From Candidatus Arthromitus sp. SFB-mouse-Japan (lineage in GTDB: Bacteria > Bacillota > Clostridia > Clostridiales > Clostridiaceae): a stretch of 32,000 bases of DNA. Shown here piece after piece: positions 1 through 8,901 of the stretch (position 1 is its first letter; each line of letters begins with the position of its first letter). The DNA lies in NCBI RefSeq assembly GCF_000270205.1, contig NC_015913.1, forward strand, positions 1,350,001-1,382,000. The letters run 5' to 3'. The position numbers were made by a program, and so were the translations under genes. Below the pieces are notes generated by a model, which did not search any database, had not been told where the DNA came from, and was given only the letters and a program-made list of their open reading frames with translations.

Positions 1-803
1 CAAACGAGAAACATCCATTAGTATTTTCTCCTACAATAGATTCTCTTGGACAAAAAATAAATACCACAAAGAGAATATTTAATAAAAAACATGAAATGAA
101 ATTTGATGGTAAAATTCATGAAGAAATCGTATCTAAAAATGAATCAGAAATCAATTATATCATGCTTAACTTAACACTTCTTCATGATGGATATCACCCA
201 GAAATATTTAAAAACAAAAATAAGGCTGAAAGAAATACTGAAATACTCGAAAAGATGATAAAACTCGAACCTAATAAAATTAGATGGTATTATTTTCTCG
301 GACGTGAAAAAAATATATTAGGACACGATATAGACGAATGTATAAAAATCTTAAAATCAGGATTAAAATTAAAACACACTCAAAATTCTATCGAAAACTT
401 TTATTACAATATACTAACACTTTTAGCTAAAATAGCTGTATCACATAAGAAATATGATTTATTAAAAGAAGTCATAGATCTTATGGAATATGAAATACCA
501 AACTCACTAGACAGCTTTTATTTTCAACTTATACTTGAGAATGATTCTGTAATGAGTGATAAATTTGATCAAATCAATTCAATGGTAAAATCTATAGGTG
601 ATATCACAAATAAAGTTAATACAATAGATGGAAGTTATTCACATGTACTACACACTCTAGGGATTATATATCTAAGTTTCAGAGATTATACAAGAGCATT
701 TTATTATTTCAATCAAATAACCTCACCTAAAAATATAGAAGCAATTAAATCTATTTTACTTCCTTTAAGAGCTCAAATAGATGATTTCCTAAAAAATAAA
801 TAA
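1..803 (+). CDS. 3' part of a glycosyltransferase (GT2-like catalytic end followed by a helical/TPR-like tail); 5' end is outside the window
   Basis: The frame of ORF 96..803 stays open back to base 3 (NEKHPLVFSPTIDSLGQKINTTKRIFNKKHEMKFDGKIHEE...), so the ATG at 96 is internal. The RIF..x..F.G.IHE block, then LLHDGY, then a long helical tail matches my memory of GT2+TPR proteins of Firmicutes. No search was run. Confidence 0.5.
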   Translation, partial: NEKHPLVFSPTIDSLGQKINTTKRIFNKKHEMKFDGKIHEEIVSKNESEINYIMLNLTLLHDGYHPEIFKNKNKAERNTEILEKMIKLEPNKIRWYYFLGREKNILGHDIDECIKILKSGLKLKHTQNSIENFYYNILTLLAKIAVSHKKYDLLKEVIDLMEYEIPNSLDSFYFQLILENDSVMSDKFDQINSMVKSIGDITNKVNTIDGSYSHVLHTLGIIYLSFRDYTRAFYYFNQITSPKNIEAIKSILLPLRAQIDDFLKNK

Positions 804-830
804 AAGTGAAGTTCATATGAACTTCACTTT
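803..830. terminator. Bidirectional intrinsic terminator between convergent genes
   Basis: Perfect 28-nt palindrome aaagtgaagttcat/atgaacttcacttt starts on the last base of the upstream stop codon. It is followed by ATTTT on the + strand and flanked by an A-run on the other side. Confidence 0.6.
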
Positions 831-844
831 ATTTTCATTAAACA

Positions 845-3790
845 TTACTCAAATTTAATTCCTAATTTATCAGCCATCGATCTTACTTCATCAGTATCTA
901 ACATTCTTGACACAACAGAAGCTCTAGCTTGACTTTGAGTTTCTCCAGACTGTATACCCTTCTCAATTTCAGCTGTCCAGAAAGTAACTCCTTCAGTCTC
1001 TCCAGCTCTATCTACTATAGCATACATAGCCTCAACAAACTTAGTGTTAGTCAAATTCTTCTCTAATAATTCAGGTGTAAATGAAAGTTGTCCTAAGAAT
1101 CCTTTTAAAGTTTCTTCCTTAGTAGCTAACTTATTTACCCAATACATTAAACCTTCTTTATCAGGCTCTCTATTAAAGAATGCTCTATATACTCTTGTAA
1201 CATATCCAGCAATACCTGTTTCACTTTGTGATTGAGTGCTTGTCTTAAATGTTGGAACAGATAAAGTTGTACTCTTATCTCCATATTTTAATGTTAATTT
1301 AAGATCTGTATATTCTGTATTAGATTTAAGATCTGATAACTCAATTACATTTTTCTCAACATTATAAGTAGCTTTGATCCCATTAACTCCAGTTCCTGAA
1401 ACTTCAACAGATATCATTTCCTTATCAGTATTTTTAATTGAAGCATTAACTACTGCTGTACTTGTAGTAACACCAGTTACACTAACATTTGAAGTTGAAA
1501 CTTCAACTTTTGTAGTTCCAGCTCTTCCAGTTGCATATCTAGTAATAGACTGTTGAGTTTTTGTTCCACTAGCTGGTATTGAACCAAACGAACCAACTTC
1601 CCCAGTTCTTATAGATGATACTCTATTTCCATTTTCTGTAGTTGAGAATTCAAATCTAAAGTCTTTAGATTTTCCTGCTTCAATTCCTGTTATAGTAATT
1701 TCAACCATTTCGGAAGCTGACTCAATTTTACTTTCACTTCCTTGTATAACAGTATTATCTCTACTCTCTAACAATGGATAGCTAAAATTATAGACTCCGG
1801 ATACGCTACCATTACCATTAACATCTAAACCTTTAACAACTCTGTAATTTGTTTCAAGCTTAACCTTTGAATCATCTATTTTCTCGTAGTTTCCACCATT
1901 ATTTACATAAACATTAACACCATTTATAATATCATCAGCATCCTTAATTCTTCCATAGAATTTTACCCCACCTGGAATTTGCTCATATTTAAGCTCTGAA
2001 TCTATCCATAACTCAGATTTATAATCTTTATTTGTTTTTGCAAAGTAATTATAGTTTACATTACCATCAATATTTGTACTAGAGTATGGGAATAATGAAT
2101 CTCCACTTATAGAATTATTTCTTCCTAAAGATATCGGATTTCCATACCTCTCTCTTCCATTCTCATTATAAACAGTTTCAATTGATAAGAAATCATAAGT
2201 CCTATTAGTATCTAAATTAGAAATCTCTACAGCAAACCAGTTAGATTTCTCTTTTTTACCATCTTCAGACTTAACATTTTTAATTGTGTAAGTTTCATCT
2301 GCTCTTAATCCTCTAACTTCAAGTCTTTCTAAATTAGTAACATCATCAACTTTAACTAAATAAGTCAATTTGTTCAATCCAACATTAGCTTGATATAATA
2401 AATCTCCTTTTACTAATCTATCAAATCCAAGCACTTGTGAAGCCTGATAATTACTTGTAGATACACTCAAATACTTATTTCCTGTTACATAGTTAGCAGC
2501 TTTTCTATCATCAAATCTTATTCTTTGAGTTCTTTGATCACCATCAATTGTATAATGAACATCTATATATTCAAAATCATAAGTAGTATTTGAATTCAAT
2601 CCACCTATTTTAAGATCTCTATACCTTTTATCGTGGTCAACTGTATCACTTGTACCATTGCTATAAGTAATCTTACCAATTTCAAAATCTCCAACTTGAG
2701 CACTATAACTATCTCCACGTCTATCAACTACAGTAGCTCCTGTTATAGTTTTATTTGTATCTCTAAAGATATCTATCAAAGTTATTGTAGATCCTGTAGC
2801 CTTAACAAACATATGCTCGCCATTATCAATTACATTATTTCTACCAGTTGATAATGGTATATATTGATCATAACTACCAACTTTTGCAAATAAAGCATCA
2901 GTTAATGTCCAAGTAGCAGTAGGTATTACAGCAGTGCCTGCATTATACGAAATGCTATTTTGCACTGAGTAAGCTGTAGCTTCAAGTTGATCTTGTCCAT
3001 TAACAGTTTTAATTCCCGCATTAGTAGCCACTGTTAATTTATCTCTAGAATCTATCTCAACGTTGGTTATTGTAACGTTTGTTGGAAGTCCTCTTAGTGT
3101 AACATATATTAAACCACTATCATCAACCAAAGATCTTAAATCACTAGAACTAGAAATTCCTGATGTCGCAGGCATGTCCAAACTAAGATCGCTTAATCTT
3201 GCAGTTGTTGTTCTAACCCTACCATCATTTAATGTATATGTGATTAAAAACCTAACATCGCTATTTCTATAACCCGCAACATCAAAAGCTTGCAATAATT
3301 TTTCAGCTAATTGCAACTGTTTATTTGTATTTATTGCAACTCCATTATTATGTCTATTTGCATTAACAGTATTCACATTACCCCTATGCTCAGATACCGC
3401 ATCATCAATAGCTCTCCTAAGAGTTCTTTCTAATTCTCCTGATAATCTAATACCAAATCTTACAACTCCACCTTCATTTTCATCAGCTTTATAAATTTTT
3501 TCTGAATTATTTGAGGCAACAGTCGTATTAGAAGTTAAAACTTTTGTTTCAAGCTTTTCTATAGAAAAAACGCTCTCTTCTGTTTTCTTAGCATCACTGC
3601 TTAATTTAACCTGACCACTTCCATTTACAAATGAATTTATATAATTCCCACTATTTAAAGTCCAATTATTCTCAAATCTTCCATCTGTAATTGCTGCTGC
3701 ATTAGCTCTTACATTAGTAGGTAAAACTGACAAAGTCATAGCTAGCATCGCAATACCTGCAACTAATTTTCTTAATTTAAAAGATTTCAT
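845..3790 (-). CDS. Large secreted/cell-surface protein: signal peptide, FN3-like repeat modules, C-terminal DUF4214-like domain
   Basis: ATG at 3790 lies 7 nt downstream of AGGAGG; the track start at 3811 is a TTG inside the RBS region. N-terminus MKSFKLRKLVAGIAMLAMTLSVLPTNVRANAAA looks like a Sec signal. A recurring L..NT.Y.F/..TYDF module appears (GLNSNTTYDFEY, LDTNRTYDFLS, KSKDFRFEF, LKSNTEYTDLKL). The C-terminus YVTRVYRAFFNREPDKEGLMYWVNKL...F..S.E matches the DUF4214 pattern as I remember it. Confidence 0.8.
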   Translation of the reverse strand: MKSFKLRKLVAGIAMLAMTLSVLPTNVRANAAAITDGRFENNWTLNSGNYINSFVNGSGQVKLSSDAKKTEESVFSIEKLETKVLTSNTTVASNNSEKIYKADENEGGVVRFGIRLSGELERTLRRAIDDAVSEHRGNVNTVNANRHNNGVAINTNKQLQLAEKLLQAFDVAGYRNSDVRFLITYTLNDGRVRTTTARLSDLSLDMPATSGISSSSDLRSLVDDSGLIYVTLRGLPTNVTITNVEIDSRDKLTVATNAGIKTVNGQDQLEATAYSVQNSISYNAGTAVIPTATWTLTDALFAKVGSYDQYIPLSTGRNNVIDNGEHMFVKATGSTITLIDIFRDTNKTITGATVVDRRGDSYSAQVGDFEIGKITYSNGTSDTVDHDKRYRDLKIGGLNSNTTYDFEYIDVHYTIDGDQRTQRIRFDDRKAANYVTGNKYLSVSTSNYQASQVLGFDRLVKGDLLYQANVGLNKLTYLVKVDDVTNLERLEVRGLRADETYTIKNVKSEDGKKEKSNWFAVEISNLDTNRTYDFLSIETVYNENGRERYGNPISLGRNNSISGDSLFPYSSTNIDGNVNYNYFAKTNKDYKSELWIDSELKYEQIPGGVKFYGRIKDADDIINGVNVYVNNGGNYEKIDDSKVKLETNYRVVKGLDVNGNGSVSGVYNFSYPLLESRDNTVIQGSESKIESASEMVEITITGIEAGKSKDFRFEFSTTENGNRVSSIRTGEVGSFGSIPASGTKTQQSITRYATGRAGTTKVEVSTSNVSVTGVTTSTAVVNASIKNTDKEMISVEVSGTGVNGIKATYNVEKNVIELSDLKSNTEYTDLKLTLKYGDKSTTLSVPTFKTSTQSQSETGIAGYVTRVYRAFFNREPDKEGLMYWVNKLATKEETLKGFLGQLSFTPELLEKNLTNTKFVEAMYAIVDRAGETEGVTFWTAEIEKGIQSGETQSQARASVVSRMLDTDEVRSMADKLGIKFE

Positions 3791-4030
3791 ACTTGTCCTC
3801 CTAATTTTCAAAACAAAGTTAAAAATTATTTTTTATTATCTTATTATCATTATTGAAACTTATGTTGTGATTCTTCCTCCGTTAAATAATAACATTTGTA
3901 ATCTTTTTTTAACATATTTATATATCTTCATTTAATTAATATTTTTGGTATTATATTGTATTTATCTTCTATTTTCTCTATTTTCCTTAATATTTTGTTT
4001 TTTATTGTATAAAATATCATGCTTATATCA

Positions 4031-4070
4031 TTTAAAAAACAATATAGAGCACCTAAATTCAGATGCTCTA
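4031..4070 (-). terminator. Terminator-like hairpin plus U-tract in the long leader/spacer upstream of the surface-protein gene
   Basis: 7-bp stem tagagca (4045-4051) / tgctcta (4064-4070) with a 12-nt loop. On the minus strand it is followed by AUAUUGUUUUUUAAA. The stem is weak, so this is only a candidate. Confidence 0.3.
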
Positions 4071-4316
4071 CTATAAATTTAATCAAACTAAGGCATTACA
4101 AAAGATATTTTATAAATCAATCATCAAACGTTAAAATAGTTATAAATTAATAAAAAAACTAAACTACACTACTAAATTTATTAAGATAGGGATAAATATA
4201 TAGATAACTATACACTATAAATCATACAATAACTATAAATAAAAGTATGTTCATATTATACATAATGCACATAAAATATTCAATAATATAAATAGTTATT
4301 ATTTTTTTTAAATAGA

Positions 4317-4343
4317 TTGATTTATTTTTTTATTTGTTATAAT
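4317..4343 (+). promoter_or_regulatory. Candidate sigma-A promoter (extended -10) for the lspA-like/antiporter operon
   Basis: TTGATT (4317-4322), 15-nt spacer, TGtTATAAT (TG 4335-4336, TATAAT 4338-4343), about 55 nt upstream of the ATG at 4398. Such hexamers arise easily by chance in AT-rich DNA. Confidence 0.35.
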
Positions 4344-4397
4344 TATAATTTATATTAATTGAATCGATATAAATAATCATAGATTGGAGATGACTTA

Positions 4398-5111
4398 ATG
4401 AACAAAAAATTAAAATTAATTCATTTTCTCATGGTTTATCCCTCTCTTTGGCTTGTTTATTACATGTTTGAACTAATATCAAAAAATATTTCAGATACAT
4501 ATAGCATAATAATGAACTTATTACCTGCATTGCTGTTACTTGTTATTTCGTATTTATTTTATATGTACTACAAGAAATCTGTAATTCTTAATAACACATA
4601 TTTAGCAATAACAATATCTGTGTTATTTTCAATTGATCAATTATCTAAGTTAACTATTTCTGCAATATTCGACGAAAATAATATAAATTCTATAAATCTA
4701 ATACCAAATTATTTATCTATCACACCAGATTTAAACGATAAAGGATCATTTATAGCATCTAGATTTAATATAAATGCTCCATTCATAATTTTTATAGCTT
4801 TGAACTTTTTAATTCTATTATTTATATTTTTTATATATAAATATATTTCCTATAAGAAACAATTAAATTCTATGAACCAATTAACTTTTATACTTTTATT
4901 TTCAGGTGGTTTATGCTCTCTTATAGACAAAATATTCTGGGGTGGTAGCTTAGATTTTTTACATATACATAATTTATTTATTGCAGATATTAAAGATATT
5001 TTTATAACAATTGGGTTAGGTAGTTTCATTATGTCTAGTATAATTTCAGATTACCAAATTGAAATGAAAGACCTAATAAACTTTATATTTAAAAAATTTT
5101 TTAAAAATTAA
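4398..5111 (+). CDS. Signal peptidase II (LspA, peptidase A8) family protein, diverged paralogue with an N-terminal membrane extension
   Basis: LspA-like blocks appear in order: SIDQLSKL (cf. DQLTK), LNDKGSF (cf. N.GAAF), SGGLCSLIDKIFWGGSLDFL (cf. GGA.GN.IDR....VVDF) and LFIADIKDIFITIG (cf. FN.AD....VG). Both Asp positions that I take to be catalytic are present. At 237 aa it is about 70-80 aa longer than typical LspA, with two extra N-terminal hydrophobic helices. Confidence 0.6.
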   Translation: MNKKLKLIHFLMVYPSLWLVYYMFELISKNISDTYSIIMNLLPALLLLVISYLFYMYYKKSVILNNTYLAITISVLFSIDQLSKLTISAIFDENNINSINLIPNYLSITPDLNDKGSFIASRFNINAPFIIFIALNFLILLFIFFIYKYISYKKQLNSMNQLTFILLFSGGLCSLIDKIFWGGSLDFLHIHNLFIADIKDIFITIGLGSFIMSSIISDYQIEMKDLINFIFKKFFKN

Positions 5112-5122
5112 AAGGAGGAGCC

Positions 5123-6286
5123 ATGAGTCCTAATTTTTTAATTGAATTATGTTTAATACTATTACTTACAAAATTTTTAGGATCTATAACAAATAAACTA
5201 AGACTTACAAATGTTGTTGGAGCTTTAATTGCTGGAATTATATTAGGTCCATCAGTGCTAAAGATAGTTTCATACGATACGTTCTGGGAATATGCAGCAA
5301 ATATAGGTGTAATACTCTTAATGTTTAACGCAGGATTAGAAACAGATATAGACCATTTAAAAAAGGTTGGTTTATCTTCTTTCTTAATAGCCTTACTCGG
5401 AGTTATAATTCCTTTAATTGCAGGATTTTCAATTGGATATTTTGTAATGAATTTATCTTATTTAGACAGCTTATTCTTAGGAATTATATTCACTCCAACA
5501 TCTGTATCGATAACATCTCAAACACTTAAAGATCTTAAAGTATTTTCATCAAAATCTGGTTCTGCAATTATGGGAGCTGCGATCATAGATGATATTTTAG
5601 GAGTATTTATTCTAACACTTTTTGGAGGATCACTTGGACAAGAAGTTAAAATACAATCAGTTATAATAGGATTACTTTTATTTTTTGTATTTGTATTCTT
5701 ATTAATTAAGTTCTTACCTCCATTCTTAAATAATTTAAGCATAAATAAAGACCACAAACACAGAATGCCTTTATATGCTCTCATATTATGTTTTGCAATA
5801 GCATTTATTAGTGAGGAGTTTTTTCATGTTACTTCTATAATAGGAGCATATTTAACTGGTATTGTATTTTCTAAATATGTCTTCCAACACACAGTTTACA
5901 AACAACTCAACTATTTAAGTTATTTCATATTCTCTCCTATATTCTTCGCAAGTATAGGAATGCAGACAACATTATCATCTTTCAATAAGACCGTAATAAT
6001 ATTTACCTTAATTCTATTTATAGGCGCAGCATTAAGTAAGTTCATTTCATGCTTTATAACATCAAAAGTATTAGGATATAATTTTATGGATTCTTCACGT
6101 ATAGGAGCTGGGATGATTTCTCGGGGAGAGGTTGCATTAATAATTATAAATATTGGAATAGCTAATCAAATACTCAGCGAAAACCTAATTTCACCTCTCA
6201 TAATAGTTGTAATTCTAACTACTATAGTTACCCCAATACTTTTATCTAGACTTTATGCAAACAAAAAAGAAGTTTTATTAAACTAA
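5123..6286 (+). CDS. Cation:proton antiporter, CPA2 family (Na+/H+ or K+/H+ exchanger membrane domain, no KTN domain)
   Basis: RBS AAGGAGGAG lies directly upstream, 11 nt after the preceding stop. It is polytopic. The N-terminal KLRLTNVVGALIAGIILGPSVL motif, the GLETD motif and the distal RGEVALI motif are typical of Kef/NapA-type CPA2 exchangers. Confidence 0.85.
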   Translation: MSPNFLIELCLILLLTKFLGSITNKLRLTNVVGALIAGIILGPSVLKIVSYDTFWEYAANIGVILLMFNAGLETDIDHLKKVGLSSFLIALLGVIIPLIAGFSIGYFVMNLSYLDSLFLGIIFTPTSVSITSQTLKDLKVFSSKSGSAIMGAAIIDDILGVFILTLFGGSLGQEVKIQSVIIGLLLFFVFVFLLIKFLPPFLNNLSINKDHKHRMPLYALILCFAIAFISEEFFHVTSIIGAYLTGIVFSKYVFQHTVYKQLNYLSYFIFSPIFFASIGMQTTLSSFNKTVIIFTLILFIGAALSKFISCFITSKVLGYNFMDSSRIGAGMISRGEVALIIINIGIANQILSENLISPLIIVVILTTIVTPILLSRLYANKKEVLLN

Positions 6287-6290
6287 AAAA

Positions 6291-6316
6291 GGGATTAACT
6301 TAAATAAGTTAATCCC
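6291..6316. terminator. Bidirectional terminator filling the gap between convergent genes
   Basis: 11-bp perfect stem gggattaactt / aagttaatccc with a 4-nt loop. It is preceded by an A-run and followed by TTTA. It ends 2 nt from the stop codon of the minus-strand gene. Confidence 0.6.
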
Positions 6317-6317
6317 T

Positions 6318-8744
6318 TTAAATATTTATAATATAAGCATTTCCCTTCAGATAATCCATCTCTCTCTTAGTAGATGTAAATAAAATAACTTGTCTATCTT
6401 TTGAATATTTCTCAAGTATCATAAGCGCTTTCTTCATCCTATTAGAATCATATTTTAAAAATAAATCATCTAAGATAAGAGGAATCTCACCCTTATATTC
6501 ATAAATAAAATCTGCAATAGTAATCCTCAAAGCAAAATATATAAGATCCCACATTCCAATACTTAAAAATTCAATTCCAAGTTTCTCCTTAAGAAGAATT
6601 GAACTATTATCCCTATCATATTTATAAATTTTTTTGCTTGTACTTATAGAATCCTTTGTTAAATACTTAATTAAATATTCTACTCTACTAGATATTTGTG
6701 ATGATAAGGTATCCATAAACTCATAATAAATATCAGTAATTTTATTCCTATATATGTCTATATTAGCTATCTTATTCTCTAAATATAAAATCGTATTCTT
6801 AAGATTAAGTATCTCATCATTTATATTACTTACTCTATTTTTATTCGTTTCTGCACCTTTTAAACTATCTTTTAAATAGTTTATATCATCATCTATCTCT
6901 TTAAGTTCAATTTTTAAAATATTATATTCCTTATCTACAAGATCTTTATCTTTAGATACTTCAATATTAGAATATTTTGCAAATATAGATAGTTCATTTA
7001 TTAACTCACTTTTTTCCTTACCATTAAGTGCTTCTAAAAGTTCATTGTTTTTAATTTCTAGCTCTCTTTCAATATTAAATTTATAATTTAACTTAAACTT
7101 CATATTATCAATAAAATTCTCTATATCCTTAATATAAATATCCTTAAATCCAAAATTACTTAATATCTCTAAAATTTCATCTTCCTTTTTTTTAAAATCT
7201 TTAATTACAGATGTATAAGATAAATCACCAGTCTTAAATCTATAACTTAATGAATCTAACTCATTCTCTATCTTTTTTATATTTTCAATATCCATTCTAA
7301 GTTTATAGTAATAATACGGATACAACTCTTTCTCTAATTTTGATATTTGATCCTTGAATTCATAAAATTTACCTGCTTTTCTATGTATCTCTCTATCTTC
7401 TATATCTTTATAATCCCTAAATACCATATAAACGTATGATAAGCCTATTAATCCAAAAGCAATTAGACTAATTAAAATTACATTATTAACATTAATTTTA
7501 AATAAGGGCGCTAAAATAGTTATTAAAATTGATACTATTACTATGGCTATATACAACTTTGAATCATTGCTTTTTTGTTTATTTTTCCTAACTCTCGAAA
7601 TTAACTTATATTGCTTAAGTAAATACGCAAGTCTTCCATTTCCCCTTATATTATCTATTTCCTTATTTAACATTTCAATTTTTTTAACTCTTTCTGAATA
7701 AAAAAGAAAGTTAGATTTTATGTCAGAATATCTATCAAGTTCTTTATTTAAATACTCAAATCTCTTTATAGCATTAGACTCTTCATCGATATCTATTTTA
7801 TTTACATTTAAAATCTCTTTTTTACACTCCTTATAATCAGAAAATTTATTGATAATATCTTCTATAATTGAACTATCTATCATTTTTTCATTTATCTTAG
7901 GTATACCATCATTTGCATTTTTAATATCTTGTTTAATTTTATTAATCTCATTTTCTATACTCAAAATATTATTTACATTTTCTTTAATCTCAAGATATTT
8001 AAAATATTTACGTTCATCTTCTATTAACAAATATTTACTTAGTAACAATTCTTTTCTCTTCTTTAAGCTATCTAACTTAGAATAATCTATATTATTTAAA
8101 TTCACTGCCTCAATTGCCTTATGTAACTTTTCATTTAAATCTGAATATCTTTCATATAACTCACTTAAGTTTTCAGATATTTTTATATCTCTTATAACAC
8201 ACTTAGCTTTATTTATTAATTCAATAGATCTGTCAAAAGAAAATCTATTGTCAAAATTCTCTTTAATTTTAGCTACATCACTCATCAACTTAAAATTTTT
8301 ATCCTGAACATTAAATTCATCCATACTTTTTATAAACATAGTTCTATTAAAAGCTTCAAATCCTATATCTAAAAAAGTCTTGCCAGGTTGATCTAAATCA
8401 ACATTGAGTATTTCTTCACTATCAATAACTCTTCTAACAATACTAGTATCATCTAACTTTGAATTTCCAAATGTTCTATCTATACAATATTCAATATTAT
8501 TTATTTCAACGATGAGTTCTCCTTTTGTTTTATCCATGAAAAACGGAGAATACTTACGTCTAAATACACTTTTAAATACTTTTCTTTCATCATCCATACC
8601 ATACAAGAAACACACTATAAAATTTTGAACAATAGACTTAATTTGATTATTTCCACAATAAATAATATTAATACCGTCTTCCAAATTTAAATTCTTTTTA
8701 TTTATTAAACCGAAATTATTTATATTAATTTTCTTAATCTTCAT
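6318..8744 (-). CDS. YhaN/SbcE-like SMC/Rad50-type ATPase with long coiled coil and central transmembrane hairpin; P-loop non-canonical
   Basis: N-terminal head MKIKKININNFGL...INIIYCGNNQIKS and C-terminal head LSIGMWDLIYFALRI...PLILDDLF...QVILFTST. About 600 aa in between are K/E/I/N-rich coiled coil. Two hydrophobic helices sit mid-protein (LYIAIVIVSILITILAPLF, VILISLIAFGLIGLSYVYMVF). This architecture matches B. subtilis YhaN as I recall it. Confidence 0.7.
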   Translation of the reverse strand: MKIKKININNFGLINKKNLNLEDGINIIYCGNNQIKSIVQNFIVCFLYGMDDERKVFKSVFRRKYSPFFMDKTKGELIVEINNIEYCIDRTFGNSKLDDTSIVRRVIDSEEILNVDLDQPGKTFLDIGFEAFNRTMFIKSMDEFNVQDKNFKLMSDVAKIKENFDNRFSFDRSIELINKAKCVIRDIKISENLSELYERYSDLNEKLHKAIEAVNLNNIDYSKLDSLKKRKELLLSKYLLIEDERKYFKYLEIKENVNNILSIENEINKIKQDIKNANDGIPKINEKMIDSSIIEDIINKFSDYKECKKEILNVNKIDIDEESNAIKRFEYLNKELDRYSDIKSNFLFYSERVKKIEMLNKEIDNIRGNGRLAYLLKQYKLISRVRKNKQKSNDSKLYIAIVIVSILITILAPLFKINVNNVILISLIAFGLIGLSYVYMVFRDYKDIEDREIHRKAGKFYEFKDQISKLEKELYPYYYYKLRMDIENIKKIENELDSLSYRFKTGDLSYTSVIKDFKKKEDEILEILSNFGFKDIYIKDIENFIDNMKFKLNYKFNIERELEIKNNELLEALNGKEKSELINELSIFAKYSNIEVSKDKDLVDKEYNILKIELKEIDDDINYLKDSLKGAETNKNRVSNINDEILNLKNTILYLENKIANIDIYRNKITDIYYEFMDTLSSQISSRVEYLIKYLTKDSISTSKKIYKYDRDNSSILLKEKLGIEFLSIGMWDLIYFALRITIADFIYEYKGEIPLILDDLFLKYDSNRMKKALMILEKYSKDRQVILFTSTKREMDYLKGNAYIINI

Positions 8745-8829
8745 AGAATTACACGTCCTTAGTAAAAACTAGTCTCATATATTAAGATTTACTACGAAAA
8801 ATTCCAAAATTTACTATATCACTAATTAT

Positions 8830-8857
8830 ATTATATTCATTAATTTTAATATTGCAA
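8830..8857 (-). promoter_or_regulatory. Candidate sigma-A promoter for the YhaN-like gene
   Basis: On the minus strand: TTGCAA (8857-8852), 16-nt spacer, TATAAT (8835-8830). It lies just downstream of the terminator of the preceding gene. Confidence 0.45.
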
Positions 8858-8865
8858 TATTAATG

Positions 8866-8896
8866 AAAAATGGCTGCTGTTTAATAAAACAGCAGC
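8866..8896 (-). terminator. Intrinsic terminator of the deacetylase/carboxypeptidase operon
   Basis: 10-bp stem gctgctgttt (8873-8882) / aaacagcagc (8887-8896) with a 4-nt loop. On the minus strand it is followed by CAUUUUUC. It sits 6 nt after the stop at 8902. Confidence 0.6.
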
Positions 8897-8901
8897 ATAA
8901 A

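Noticed and set aside
1044-3272. Four + strand ORFs (1044..1235, 1374..1556, 2633..2851, 3063..3272) inside the surface-protein gene
   Set aside because: They are antisense to a long, well-supported CDS. Their translations are low-complexity S/T/L/I-rich sequences typical of shadow frames, and none has an RBS.
5518-5784. 88-aa minus-strand ORF inside the antiporter gene
   Set aside because: It is an antisense shadow ORF within a polytopic transporter CDS. It has no RBS and no recognisable motif.
7849-8628. + strand ORFs 7849..8085 and 8404..8628 inside the YhaN-like gene
   Set aside because: These are shadow frames of an AT-rich coiled-coil gene, giving I/L/S/F-rich translations, and they have no start context.
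6318-8744. The SMC-type ATPase as a stand-alone anti-phage system (Lamassu-, Wadjet- or PARIS-like)
   Set aside because: There are no partner effector or kleisin-like genes and no island context. The mid-coiled-coil TM hairpin fits YhaN-type proteins better. I keep it only as an atypical YhaN-like gene.
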